Source of the DNA: Candidatus Latescibacterota bacterium
GTDB taxonomy: Bacteria > Latescibacterota > UBA2968 > GCA-2709665
Direction of reading: 5' to 3'
NCBI GenBank assembly: GCA_965208835.1
Contig: OZ242358.1
Location: 1,472,001-1,536,000, forward strand
Length of the DNA: 64,000 nucleotides
Part shown: positions 10,378-20,624 of the stretch, piece by piece
Position numbering within the stretch: position 1 is the stretch's first letter
Layout of the letters: each line of letters starts with the position of its first letter
The notes under the pieces: model-generated
The model's input: the letters and a program-made list of their open reading frames with translations, nothing else
Told to the model about the DNA's origin: nothing
Databases searched by the model: none
Position numbers and translations under genes: made by a program

Positions 10378-11250
10378 ATGACGGCGCGATACGATCTTCA
10401 TCTGCACACGTACTGGAGCTACGATGCGCTCGCGCAGCCCGAGAGCCATTTCAGGCGCGCAAGGGAACTCGGGGTCGAGTGCTTCACCATTACGGACCAC
10501 CACGTTCTGGATTCGCTGCCGGAGGTGCTGGAGATTGCTTCGGGCTATCCGGACATACGGGTCGTACCCTCGGCTGAACTGACCATGACCACGTCGATCG
10601 GATCGGTCGACCTGCTGTGCTATGGCTTTCCGCCGGTCCTGCCCGCGGCGATGGTACAGGTACTCGAGGCGTATCACGACTGGCAGCGGGACTACGGCGC
10701 GGCGATTTCGGCGGGTTTGCAGGGGATCGGATTGGATTTCCCGGATGCGGATCGTCTCGAACTGTTGAAGTCGTATCGACCGTCGAAGACGATCGAGTTG
10801 CAGGGAAACACACACGTCAAGGGCGGTGTCATCCAGCGGTACTGCGTGGAGCGGGGGTTCATCGATCGGGTTGAAGACTACGCGGACCTGATGGCGCGAG
10901 CGGGCGCGGCGACCCGGTTTCCGCCGTATCCCCACGTACGGGATGCGATGCCGGCCGTCAAGGAGGCGGGCGCGCTGGTGGCGATCGCGCATCCGTTCGG
11001 CTATTTCAGAGAAGACGACGTGGAACGCATGGATGCGCTGCGTGTGGAATGTTCGCTGGACGGGATCGAGTGCGCGCACCCGAGCGTACCGCCCGGGTTC
11101 ACGGTGAAATACAGGGAATATTGCGAACGCCACGGGCTGTTCTCCACGGGCGGGTCCGATTGTCATACCGATGAGGACGTGGAGACCGGATTCGCCGGGC
11201 ACGGAGGCCCGGACGAATGGATGGACGAATTTCTGAATCGGCTGGATTGA
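10378..11250 (+). CDS. PHP-domain metal-dependent phosphoesterase
   Basis: DLHLHTYWSYD, ITDH, AHP and TGGSDCH motifs; GGAGGA RBS before the ATG at 10378. Confidence 0.88.
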   Translation: MTARYDLHLHTYWSYDALAQPESHFRRARELGVECFTITDHHVLDSLPEVLEIASGYPDIRVVPSAELTMTTSIGSVDLLCYGFPPVLPAAMVQVLEAYHDWQRDYGAAISAGLQGIGLDFPDADRLELLKSYRPSKTIELQGNTHVKGGVIQRYCVERGFIDRVEDYADLMARAGAATRFPPYPHVRDAMPAVKEAGALVAIAHPFGYFREDDVERMDALRVECSLDGIECAHPSVPPGFTVKYREYCERHGLFSTGGSDCHTDEDVETGFAGHGGPDEWMDEFLNRLD

Positions 11251-11380
11251 CGTTCGGCGATATACGTCCGGTTAAATGGCTCACCTGAGGTTTCTCTCCT
11301 CTGGGACGGAGGGCATCCTGCCCTCGAAAGCGCCTGTTGAAACGCGCGCATCTTGCCCTTTTTGCGCCTTCATTGCATTT

Positions 11381-11404
11381 GTAGGGGCGACCGGCCGGTC
11401 GCCC
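11381..11404 (+). repeat. GTAG-type REP palindrome
   Basis: GTAG-GGGCGACCGGCCGGTCGCCC; relatives at 13257-13281, 13901-13925, 27565-27587, 50826-50850 and 50904-50928. Confidence 0.75.
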
Positions 11405-11547
11405 TCCGGCGGCGCGGATATCGCTGATCCACATCGCGTGTTCATGTCGTTAACGGTCTGGTGCACGCGGAGAGGTTCTCTCCGGTCACCTCTTCCACTC
11501 ATCGGATTACTGGCAGCGAAAAGACTAAAGCAAACTGAAGAACTACC

Positions 11548-13194
11548 GTGAGCAATAAGACGATGAAAGCCTCGGATCTCTTCGCAAAAGCCCTCGAGGC
11601 CGAGGGCGTGGAGTACATATTCGCCATCCCCGGCGAAGAGAACCTGGATCTGCTCGAGTCGTTGCGCGATTCGAGTATCCGCGTCATTCTCAACCGGCAC
11701 GAACAGGCGGCGGGTTTCATGGCTGCCACGTACGGGCGCCTGACCGGCAAGACCGGGGTGTGCATGTCCACGCTCGGGCCCGGTGCGACGAATTTCGTCA
11801 CCGCGGCGGCGTACGCGCAGCTGGGCGGAATGCCGCTGCTGATGATCACGGGACAGAAGCCCATCAAGTCGAGCAAACAGGGCCACTTCCAGATCGTGGA
11901 CGTGGTAGAGATGATGCGGCCGCTGACCAAATACACCACCCGTATCGTCAGCGGCGCGACCATTCCGCCGCGCGTGCGGGAGGCGTTCCGCATTGCCGAG
12001 GAGGAGCGGCCGGGAGCCGTACACCTGGAGCTGCCCGAGGATATCGCGGCGGAAGAGGCGGCGGCGCACCTCTATCCGAGGGACCGCGTGCGGCGGCCAG
12101 TGGCGGAGGAAAAGGCGGTCGCGCGGGCCGTGTCGATGATCCAGGACGCTCGCCGGCCCCTGCTGCTGGTGGGCGCGGGGGCCAATCGCAAGCGTACGTC
12201 GAATATGCTGGTCCGGTTCATCGACAAGACGGGCATCCCCTGGTTCAACACGCAGATGGGCAAGGGCGTTGTGGACGAGCGCCACCCGTTGTACCTGGGG
12301 AACGCGGCCCTGTCATCCGGCGACGCCATCCACTGTGCCATCGAACGGGCCGACCTGATCATCAACGTGGGCCATGACGTGGTTGAAAAGCCGCCCTTCG
12401 TGATGCAGGACGGCGGCCTTCACGTCATCCACGTCAACTTTTCCTCGGCCGAGGTGGATCCGGTGTATTTCCCGCAGCTCGAGGTGATCGGCGACATCGG
12501 CAACAGTCTCTGGCAGATTTACCGGAAGATCGAGCCCCAGTCTCACTGGTCGTTTGAATATTTCCTCAGGGTGAAGGAATGGGCAGATGCGAAGCTTGCC
12601 GCCGGCGATGACGACGACCGCTTTCCGGTGCTGCCGCAGCGGCTCGTGGCGGACGTGAGGCGCGTGCTTCCGGACGACGGCCTGATTGCCCTCGACAACG
12701 GCGTCTACAAGATCTGGTTCGCGCTGAATTACCGGGCCCACCAGCCGAACACCGTGTTGCTGGACAACGCTCTGGCAACCATGGGCGCCGGTCTGCCTTC
12801 CGCAATGACGGCGAGCCTGCTCCACCCGGACCGCCACGTGGTGGCGATCTGCGGCGACGGCGGGTTTATGATGAACTCCCAGGAGCTGGAGACCGCGGTG
12901 CGGCTGGGCCTGAATCTTGTCACGCTGGTTCTGCGGGATAACGCCTACGGCATGATCAAATGGAAGCAGGCCGATATGGGACTGCCCGATTTCGGGCTGG
13001 ACTACGGGAATCCCGATTTCGTGCGCTATGCCGAGAGCTACGGCGCAACAGGGCACCGGCTGGAACGGACGGACGCGCTGGCTGGATTGTTGAAAGGCTG
13101 CCTCGGAGAAGGCGGCGTGCACCTGATCGACGTGCCCGTGGACTATTCCGGAAACCACAAGCTGCTGGACGGACAATTGGTTTGTCCGTTGTAA
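11548..13194 (+). CDS. Acetolactate synthase large subunit family (ThDP-dependent)
   Basis: IPGEENLD, RHEQAAGFMA, TLGPGATN and GDGGFMMNSQELET motifs; start GTG 11548 or ATG 11563. Confidence 0.92.
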   Translation: MSNKTMKASDLFAKALEAEGVEYIFAIPGEENLDLLESLRDSSIRVILNRHEQAAGFMAATYGRLTGKTGVCMSTLGPGATNFVTAAAYAQLGGMPLLMITGQKPIKSSKQGHFQIVDVVEMMRPLTKYTTRIVSGATIPPRVREAFRIAEEERPGAVHLELPEDIAAEEAAAHLYPRDRVRRPVAEEKAVARAVSMIQDARRPLLLVGAGANRKRTSNMLVRFIDKTGIPWFNTQMGKGVVDERHPLYLGNAALSSGDAIHCAIERADLIINVGHDVVEKPPFVMQDGGLHVIHVNFSSAEVDPVYFPQLEVIGDIGNSLWQIYRKIEPQSHWSFEYFLRVKEWADAKLAAGDDDDRFPVLPQRLVADVRRVLPDDGLIALDNGVYKIWFALNYRAHQPNTVLLDNALATMGAGLPSAMTASLLHPDRHVVAICGDGGFMMNSQELETAVRLGLNLVTLVLRDNAYGMIKWKQADMGLPDFGLDYGNPDFVRYAESYGATGHRLERTDALAGLLKGCLGEGGVHLIDVPVDYSGNHKLLDGQLVCPL

Positions 13195-13291
13195 TCAGAG
13201 CGAGGGCATCCTGCCCTAGAAGGCTGTCTCGCGACCGCGTTGCGTTTCAGAAATGCGGGCGACCACAAGAGTCGCCCCTACATATGAAATC

Positions 13292-13544
13292 AAACCTGTC
13301 CTAAAACGGGTTTGAGTCACTACGAGAGTCGCGAAAATACGCGAAATAAACGGATGGTAAAAACGTCCGCTGCCACTGGCGAAACGTGTCGGTCAGGAGT
13401 CGGCGAAAATTGTCAACCAGAGGAGGCCTGGATGCAACGTCGACGAAATGCATCGGTTTCACATGACACCAGACTGTCATCCAGGGGACTTGCCCTGAGC
13501 CTGTCGAAGGGGCACCCAGGCCGACGAAGGATCTACTGCAGCAT
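13292..13544 (+). repeat. Composite palindromic repeat (family C, copy 1)
   Basis: AAACCTG..CAAAACGGGT.TGAGTCA.TACGAGAGTCG start and TGTCATCCAG..GACTTGCCCTGAGCCTGTCGAAGGG...CCGACGAAGGATCTACTGCAGCAT end are shared with 47591-47934. Confidence 0.8.
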
Positions 13545-13980
13545 GAAATCATCCCCGTGCGACTCTCACATTACGATACCTGAGAGGCAGCACGTCCGCC
13601 CCCAACGCGGCACGGAAGCGGCGGGAGATGCTTCGACTCCGCTCAATATGACATGCGTTACAACAAACACGAACCGTTGGCAACCTGGTTTCCGTAATCC
13701 GGGTCAGGCCCGTATAAATTCGCCAATTGAAGCCGCTTTTCGAACATCATCTACAAGAATTTCACGGTTCCTGGACACCAGTGATACGAAACATGGCCGC
13801 GAGGTTTTGGGGATGGCTGGGTGGACTTCTCGATCTACCAGGAGCGAGGGCATCCTTCCCTCGATGGCCGTTTCACGACCCCGTTGCGCTGCCGACAGGC
13901 GGGCGACCACAAGGGTCGCCACTACAAAAGACAGCAACAGATATGTGGAAGTGCACGCGCGAGCCCGTTTAACGGTCCGA

Positions 13981-14065
13981 TTACTCCCCACTCGAGGTGG
14001 AGTCGCAGAAGCCAAGCCGGTCCCCTCAGCACTCGCCGATAGTTTGTCGAAGGGCCGGCGAAGGC
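13981..14065 (+). repeat. Palindromic repeat (family D)
   Basis: ACTCCCC...GGAGTCGCAGAAGCC.AGCCG.TCCCCT...TTGTCGAAGGGCCGGCGAAGG matches the reverse complement of 40735-40807. Confidence 0.7.
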
Positions 14066-14148
14066 TGATGCGGTGGGGGGTATATAGCGCCTGCCGTCCT
14101 CCGAGTCGCTGGAGACCCTTGATAGCCGTTCTGGTCCCACGTTCTGCC

Positions 14149-14275
14149 GTGACAGCAGAAGAACCGTTCGACATGCCCGACGGCGGCGGACGTTGTGAGC
14201 TTGTAAAAGGGGAGATCATTCGCCAGACGCCAAACGGAGCGGTACACGGCGTCGTCACGGCTCGCATAGGGTACC
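14149..14275 (+). pseudogene. Uma2 (DUF820) endonuclease N-terminal fragment
   Basis: VTAEE..DMPD...RCELVKGEII...P.G..HG pattern; cut at 14276 by an IS end. Confidence 0.7.
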
Positions 14276-14330
14276 TGTCAACACCGGTTCTGTTTTCACA
14301 AAAGCACCGGTTTAAATTTGGACACTATAG
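14276..14330 (+). mobile_element. IS21-family terminal repeat remnant
   Basis: Starts TGTCAAC, has an internally repeated CACCGGTT and a TTTGGACA motif; istA fragment lies downstream. Confidence 0.55.
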
Positions 14331-14491
14331 ACTGGATGGAGCGTGGATCAGGGATGGGATGAGAATGTCCTCCTACTAAAAATAGCTACTTGGATTTTTC
14401 AATATGATGACTACCCTACGTGCCAATATATAGTGAGACAACTCCCCCTCCGAGTTTAATGTCGTATAATGGGCGGAGAGGAGAGCACGAG

Positions 14492-14914
14492 ATGAGGTCA
14501 AGAATCGATGTTGGAGACAACGGCAGCACCAGGCCGGATCCGGAGGTGCCGGCGCGTGCGAAGCGTCGCCGGTTCACCGCACGGTACAAGCTTCGCATTC
14601 TGGAAGAGGCGGATGCTTGTCGGGCCCCTGGTGAAGTTGGTGCGCTACTGCGTCGCGAGGGGTTGTATTCCTCGCAGTTGACCCAGTGGCGTCGTGCGCG
14701 TCGTGACGGGACACTCAAGGCGCTATCCAAGCCACGGGGTCCCAAGGGGCGTCGTCGCGACGAGGTCGCCGCCGAGAACGAGCAGCTGCGCAAGGAGTAC
14801 GCAAAGTTGCGGCGACGACTGGAACAGGCGCAGACCCTCCTCGAGATACAAAAAAAAGCCTCGGAGATCCTGGGCATTCCCCTGAACCGGCCGCCGGCCG
14901 ACGACGACGTATGA
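14492..14914 (+). mobile_element. IS3-family transposase OrfA; OrfB truncated after ~45 codons (14911-15045); element end near 14420
   Basis: PDPEVPARAKRRRFTARYKLRIL and LLRREGLYSSQLTQWRR motifs; OrfB starts at an ATGA overlap. Confidence 0.85.
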
Positions 14915-15049
14915 TACGTGCAGCCGAACACCTCGCCCCGAGTGTGGGGTTGGCTGCCGAGTGCCGGGCCTGGGGTGTGGACCGATCCGCTGTATACCGT
15001 CGTCGCAAGCCACATCCAACGAGTCCGGGTCGATCGCACCGTGTCCTGT

Positions 15050-15330
15050 CAATGACCTTCCTAATGCGGCCACTTCAGGATCGCCTGAATCAGGCCAGTT
15101 GAAGATCGTCCCAATCAGGCCACGCGCTATGTGGTTGAGATTTCGGACCTTCCGGCAGCGTTTCTGCCTTCAGAGTGTCTCGCCAACAGTGTTGGACTTC
15201 GATCCAGGCGACGTGGGGCAGGTCGACATTGGGTGGGGCCAACGATAAAGGATGTCTTTACAGAACAGACCAATGCGACGTGGATCTTCGTGGCGGTGCT
15301 GCCAGTGCTTTAGTGTCGCACCCAGGGTCT
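15050..15330 (+). pseudogene. istA: IS21-family istA transposase fragment (frameshifted)
   Basis: VLDFDPGDVGQVDIG, then in another frame GPTIKDVFTEQTNATWIFVAVL. Confidence 0.65.
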
Positions 15331-15360
15331 GCCCGTGGGCAATTTTCAAGGAGGATAGTG

Positions 15361-15513
15361 ATGGAAGGTATTGCCGTAACACATGGTGTGGTTGAAATAA
15401 TTGCTTCACTGATCATACCCGCAGCCGCGATTTATTTTCTTCTGTTGATGTGGCGGCTGGTCAGCGCGGTGGAGAAGATTGCTCGTTCAGATCGCAAGGT
15501 GATCAAAACTTAA
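15361..15513 (+). CDS. Small single-pass membrane protein (50 aa)
   Basis: AGGAGGA RBS; hydrophobic IIASLIIPAAAIYFLLLMW followed by RLVSAVEKIA. Confidence 0.45.
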   Translation: MEGIAVTHGVVEIIASLIIPAAAIYFLLLMWRLVSAVEKIARSDRKVIKT

Positions 15514-16510
15514 ATCCATCATCGTGGAGTGCCCTTCTGGCCTCGTCCTTTTGTGATTTGGGAAGATAGGCGATCACATTCTCCCGTTTATGCCACTGAC
15601 AGCGTTGAATGGCCACACATCCGTATAGGGCCTTGGTCAGCGCGGCGCGCAATCCCTTGGAGCCGTCGATGAGGCACAGCAACCCCTGGTGATACTGCAA
15701 TCCACGATCGATGAGGGCATCCACGAACTGGCGGCACACGCGCTCATTTTCGCTGACGGCTTGCACGAAGCCCAGCGGGACCTTGTGCCCATCGATTGTC
15801 ACGCCGAGGGCGATGATCATCTCCTGATCGGCAAAGGTCTTGCCATCCATAAACAGACCCACCAGGTCATAGTCCGAAAGCGACCGTTCCTGAAACTGTC
15901 TCAGCTTGGCCGCCGATGCCTTAATGACCCGCCTGGAGATGGTCGAAGAAGACAAGCCAAATGCCTCGGGTACGGCTTCCGCGCAACTTTCGTAGGAACG
16001 CGTGGCAATGCCGCCCACGCCGCGCAGCAGCAACCCTTCGTCCAGGTGTCTGGGGCGCTGCAAGTGGTGATACGCCTGTAGAGGGACTTCCTCATTGGCT
16101 TCTACGTCACGCACCCTGGGCACCGTAACAGGCACTTTATAGTCCGACAGATACACCGATCCCGGTTGCGCGCCCCAACGGCGATTCGAGGTCTTGCCCT
16201 CTTTGCGACTGTATCTCTGGCCCGTCAAAGCGGCGACCTCATCCTGCAAGATCTCTTCCACGGCGTCCAGACCCAGCGGGATCAGCGACTGGATCAAGGC
16301 CACACGGACGTCAAATTCCTCCAGCGAACCTGGGGGGACCGCCTTGGACGTCATTCCACCTTCCGCGCTCAACTTGACTTCACGGGACTTCGATGTTACT
16401 TTGCACATAACAGGCTCCTTTCGTATGAGGATACAGTAATTCTTCGCGGGACTACCGTATCCAATTTACATCGGAGCCTCTTCTATTTCAACTAAGGTAG
16501 GCACATTCCC
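15503..16510 (-). mobile_element. IS256-family element, transposase (16408-15503) 3'-truncated
   Basis: VPRVRD, FMDGK, LIDGSKGL and QRCQWHKREN motifs; end GGGAATGTGCC..TTAGTTGAAAT at 16510; only ~300 aa. Confidence 0.85.
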
Positions 16511-16845
16511 GTTAGAAAACATCAATATCGATAAACTTATGGAAGCTCTCGATACCTGAAATTGTCCGACGATAGGGGGTCATATACAAATGCATAGTTT
16601 TAGGAGCGGAAAATAAAGGGAGACACACGGGAGTTTGATTGAACTTCTCACAATTTGAAGGTCACAAAGAATCTTAGTCATGACTCCTTCGGAGATGATG
16701 TGACTTTAGGTCAGGTGCCACTATTTTGCGGAGAACCCGGAATTTGGGGTTGAAACCCCCGCTCGATCTTACGAAACCATCGGCGAGCGCGATTGTTTCC
16801 GCGGTTCGGTTGTTTACGCTGTATATGCCGGAAAATTAACCCTCA

Positions 16846-19350
16846 ATGCCTTCAATGTATCGCGCGAATGTTTCAAGAATCCACCGGATTTTGCGATTTC
16901 CAACCACGCAACGGGGCGCTTCTCCGGCGGCCAGGGCGTGGCTCCCGGCAATTCGCGTCATCTTTCCGGTTCTCTTACTTGCTACAACCTCCGATGCCCA
17001 CGCCGAACCCCCGTCGGAATACACGATCAGCGGTTACGTCACGGATGCCTCGAACGGCGAGAAGCTGATCGGCGCCTCATTGTATGAACCCACCCTGCGA
17101 CTGGGCGCCACGACGAATCGCTACGGCTTCTTCAGCCTTACGCTGCCTGCGGACTCGCTTCGGATCGTCGTGTCCTTCATCGGGTTTCGCAGCGACACCC
17201 TGTCAATCCGCCTGGAACGCGACATCCACGTGGGCTTCGCCCTAAAGCCACTTCCCCTGGAGATGCAGGCTATAGAAGTGGAGGCCGCGCCGGTGGATCC
17301 GATCCAGGAACAGACACGGATGGGTGTTGTGGATGTGCCCGTCAGCCAGATCGAGAATGCTCCCGCCCTGATGGGTGAAGTCGACCTGATGAAGACGGTG
17401 CAGCTTCTTCCAGGAGTCCAGTCCGGCGCCGAGGGGATGAGCGGCCTTTACGTTCGCGGCGGCGGTCCGGATCAGAACCTGATCCTGCTCGACGACGCAC
17501 CGGTGTACAACGCGTCGCACCTCTTCGGCTTTTTCTCGGTCTTCAACGCCAGCGCCGTCAAGAACGTACAGCTCACAAAAGCCGGGTTTCCGGCGCGCTT
17601 CGGCGGCCGCCTCTCATCTGTTCTGGAGGTTGCCATGAAGGACGGCAACATGCAGGCGTTCGAAGTCGAAGGCAGCATCGGTCTTGTTGCTTCTCAGGTG
17701 ACGTTGCAGGGGCCTATACGCAAGGACCGGACGTCCTTCATCGTTTCGGCGCGACGGACGTATATCGATCTGCTGATCCGTCCATTTCTGAATCCCGACG
17801 AGCGGGGCGGCTATTTTTTCTATGATATCAATGCCAAGGTGAACCACATCCTGTCGCCCCGAAACCGTGTTTTTCTGAGCCTGTACGGCGGTGACGACCG
17901 ATTCTGGAGTGACATACAGGACGAGTACGCCTCCGGCACCTATCGTAGCGAAGAGTCGACGTCGGCGGATTTCGGCTGGGGCAATTTCACCTCGACACTG
18001 CGCTGGAACATCCTCTTCAGCAACCGGCTCTTCAGCAATCTCACCGCGATCTTCAGCCGCTATAAACTTACCTCGAACATCGACGATCACTCCGCGACGA
18101 GTGACAAAGACGCCCACGAGACCGAGACGCTCAGTCTTCGCTACCATTCTGGCATCCGCGACTTCGGCCTCAAGCTGGATCTCGACTACATTCCCAATCC
18201 GGCCCACTATATCCGATTCGGCGGCAGCGGTACCTACCACACCTATAGCCCCGGAGCGACGCAGTACAGATTCAACCCGGCCAGTGGCGCACCGGAAGAT
18301 ACGACTCTTGGCGCTGCCCAGGCGACGGACGCTCTGGAGTTCGGACTATACCTGGAGGACGAAGTCCGCCTGTCAAAGCGGCTGAGCGCCAACGTCGGGC
18401 TGCACGCTTCCGGATTCTCTGTGGGCAACTCGCATTTCGGATCCCTACAACCCAGAGTATCGACGCGTTATCTACTAAATCCGCGTTGGGCCGTCAAAGC
18501 GTCCTACGCCCGTATGCGCCAGTATATTCATCTTCTTTCCAACAGCACCATTGGGCTTCCGACGGACCTGTGGCTCCCGGCCACCGACCGTGCGCGGCCG
18601 GAGGGGTCGCGCCAGTTCGGCCTCGGCCTGGCGGGCACGCTGAAACAGGGACAGTACGAGTTCAACCTTGAGGCCTATCACAAGACGATGACCGGCCTGA
18701 TCGAGTACCGGGAAGGCGCGACGTTTCTGGCGGGGTTCGGGGAACACCAGGACTGGCAGGACAAGGTGGAAACGGGGCGTGGTTGGTCCTACGGCGTCGA
18801 AGCGTTTGTGCAGAAGAAACGTGGCCGCACCACAGGCTGGATCGGGTACACCCTTTCCTGGACGAGACGCCGCTTCTCCCAACTGAATGAGGGGCGGGTT
18901 TTTCCCTTTCGGTACGACCGCCGGCACGACTTCGCGCTGGTTCTAAACCATCGGCTGACGCGGATAACGAGCGCTTCGCTAAACTGGGTGTACGGGACCG
19001 GAAACGCGATTACCATCCCCGTCGCACGTTACTACGATGAGTACGTCCGAGGATCGATTGGCGGGCACGAATTGTGGACGCCGCGCGTGCTGCCCGACGA
19101 AACAAGGATATTCGAAGAACGCAACGCCTTCCGGATGGCCGCCTACCATCGCGTTGATTTGGGGTTCAACTTCGACTGGGGCCGGCACGGATTCCGCGTG
19201 GGCGCCTACAATGCCTACAACCGCAAGAACCCATTTTTCATCTATTTCGACGATTACTATGACGCCGTGACGGGTGACAGGGAGTACCGGGCGAAACAGG
19301 TGACCCTGTTTCCGGTTCTGCCGTGGCTCAGTTACCGGTTCAAATTTTAA
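16846..19350 (+). CDS. TonB-dependent receptor with N-terminal carboxypeptidase-regulatory-like domain
   Basis: ISGYVTDASNGEKLIGA; plug LLPGVQSGAEG..GLYVRGGGPDQNL; C-terminal YRFKF; true start uncertain. Confidence 0.9.
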   Translation: MPSMYRANVSRIHRILRFPTTQRGASPAARAWLPAIRVIFPVLLLATTSDAHAEPPSEYTISGYVTDASNGEKLIGASLYEPTLRLGATTNRYGFFSLTLPADSLRIVVSFIGFRSDTLSIRLERDIHVGFALKPLPLEMQAIEVEAAPVDPIQEQTRMGVVDVPVSQIENAPALMGEVDLMKTVQLLPGVQSGAEGMSGLYVRGGGPDQNLILLDDAPVYNASHLFGFFSVFNASAVKNVQLTKAGFPARFGGRLSSVLEVAMKDGNMQAFEVEGSIGLVASQVTLQGPIRKDRTSFIVSARRTYIDLLIRPFLNPDERGGYFFYDINAKVNHILSPRNRVFLSLYGGDDRFWSDIQDEYASGTYRSEESTSADFGWGNFTSTLRWNILFSNRLFSNLTAIFSRYKLTSNIDDHSATSDKDAHETETLSLRYHSGIRDFGLKLDLDYIPNPAHYIRFGGSGTYHTYSPGATQYRFNPASGAPEDTTLGAAQATDALEFGLYLEDEVRLSKRLSANVGLHASGFSVGNSHFGSLQPRVSTRYLLNPRWAVKASYARMRQYIHLLSNSTIGLPTDLWLPATDRARPEGSRQFGLGLAGTLKQGQYEFNLEAYHKTMTGLIEYREGATFLAGFGEHQDWQDKVETGRGWSYGVEAFVQKKRGRTTGWIGYTLSWTRRRFSQLNEGRVFPFRYDRRHDFALVLNHRLTRITSASLNWVYGTGNAITIPVARYYDEYVRGSIGGHELWTPRVLPDETRIFEERNAFRMAAYHRVDLGFNFDWGRHGFRVGAYNAYNRKNPFFIYFDDYYDAVTGDREYRAKQVTLFPVLPWLSYRFKF

Positions 19351-19366
19351 ACATCGGCGCGCCTCG

Positions 19367-20281
19367 ATGAAAAAACTACGCATCACGGTTACGATCTTCG
19401 TTCTCGCTTTCACCGCGTGCGAGTTGATCATTGAACCGGACCTACCACAACACACGCCCCGACTGGTGATAAAGGCCTTCTTCACGCCGGACGGAGGATG
19501 GGGGGCATCCGTCAGTCGGTCCGTAGGCATTCTGGACCCCGCGCCCGGGCCCGAGCGACTGGTTACCGCTGCAAGTGTGGAACTGCTTTCAGGCGGCCTC
19601 ATCATCGACCGCCTGCCTTTTCTCCAGCGAGAAAGGGTATATGCAAGCGAAATACCCCTGCAAGCCGGCAAGTCCTACTCGTTGCGGGTGTCAGCGCCGG
19701 GATTCGAGACCGTTCATGCAACGGACAGCGCACCCCCACCCGTACCGACGTCCATCGAATCGTATCGCATAGAAACCTCCGACCCTGCTCCCGAAGACCA
19801 GGAGTTTATGAAGATCACGGACTTACGGATCACCCTTAAGATTCAGGATCCGCCCGGCCAGGAAAACCGATATCAAATTCGCGTGTTTGCCCCGGAACGG
19901 TCGGAAACGTACGATATGCATTTTTCCACAAGGGATCCTTCCATCATCTCCGCCAACAGAATCGAGGATCCCGTCCTCGACGACGGAGTAGAGCCGTTTG
20001 TCGGTTCCGAGCCGTTTTTCAGCGATGCCCTTTTTGACGGCGAAACCCATGAGATCGAGCTGACGTCCTCTAACCTTTACGTGGAGGCAGGTCCGGAGCG
20101 GATATTCTGTCAGGTTCGCTACGTGAGCGAGACCTATTTCAGGCATCTCGAAAGCGCTCTCCTCCATGAACACACGCGGGACAACCCGTTTGCCGAACCG
20201 GCGAGTGTCTATAGCAATGTCCAGAACGGGTACGGTATATTCGCCGGGTACAGCTCAATGACGTTTGAGCTCAAGTTTTAG
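19367..20281 (+). CDS. DUF4249-like lipoprotein partner of the TonB receptor
   Basis: AFTAC lipobox; C-terminal FAEPASVYSNVQNGYGIFAG. Confidence 0.8.
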   Translation: MKKLRITVTIFVLAFTACELIIEPDLPQHTPRLVIKAFFTPDGGWGASVSRSVGILDPAPGPERLVTAASVELLSGGLIIDRLPFLQRERVYASEIPLQAGKSYSLRVSAPGFETVHATDSAPPPVPTSIESYRIETSDPAPEDQEFMKITDLRITLKIQDPPGQENRYQIRVFAPERSETYDMHFSTRDPSIISANRIEDPVLDDGVEPFVGSEPFFSDALFDGETHEIELTSSNLYVEAGPERIFCQVRYVSETYFRHLESALLHEHTRDNPFAEPASVYSNVQNGYGIFAGYSSMTFELKF

Positions 20282-20292
20282 AGAGCCCCATC

Positions 20293-20530
20293 TACGTGCC
20301 GATATAGAGTGAGACAACTCCCCCTCCGAGTTTAATGTCATATATTGGGCTGTGAGGAGAGTACGAGAAGAATTCAAGATTCGATGCCGGATCCGGAGGT
20401 GCCGGTGCGGGCGTCGGTATACCGTCAACGCACGCCAAATCCAACGTGTCCGGGTCGGTCGGGCCGTTTCCTTTCAATGATCGCCCTGATGCGACCACAG
20501 CAAGATCGGCACAATCAGGCCACTGCAGGG
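20293..20530 (+). mobile_element. Internally deleted second copy of the IS3-end/istA chimeric scar
   Basis: TACGTGCC.ATATA.AGTGAGACAACTCCCCCTCCGAGTTTAATGTC matches 14417-14463; downstream part matches ~14993-15100. Confidence 0.8.
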
Positions 20531-20624
20531 TCGCCTTAATCGGGCCAGCGGACCTTATTGGCAAGACTCCATGCCCACGCTCTTAAAAATCACCTGAATA
20601 AACGCCCTGAAGCCCTGACGTTGA

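Noticed and set aside
13727-13810. Possible IS91-like transposase N-terminal remnant (PLFEHHLQEFHGSWTPVIR)
   Set aside because: Too short and degenerate to support without a search.
13312-14379. 355-aa ORF, and the antisense ORF 13704-14267
   Set aside because: They read through stacked palindromic repeats; only the ~42-codon Uma2 piece looks protein-like.
16511-16845. Riboswitch or Fur box upstream of either TonB receptor
   Set aside because: No cobalamin/TPP riboswitch core or GATAATGATAATCATTATC-like box was recognisable by eye; an Rfam scan would be needed.
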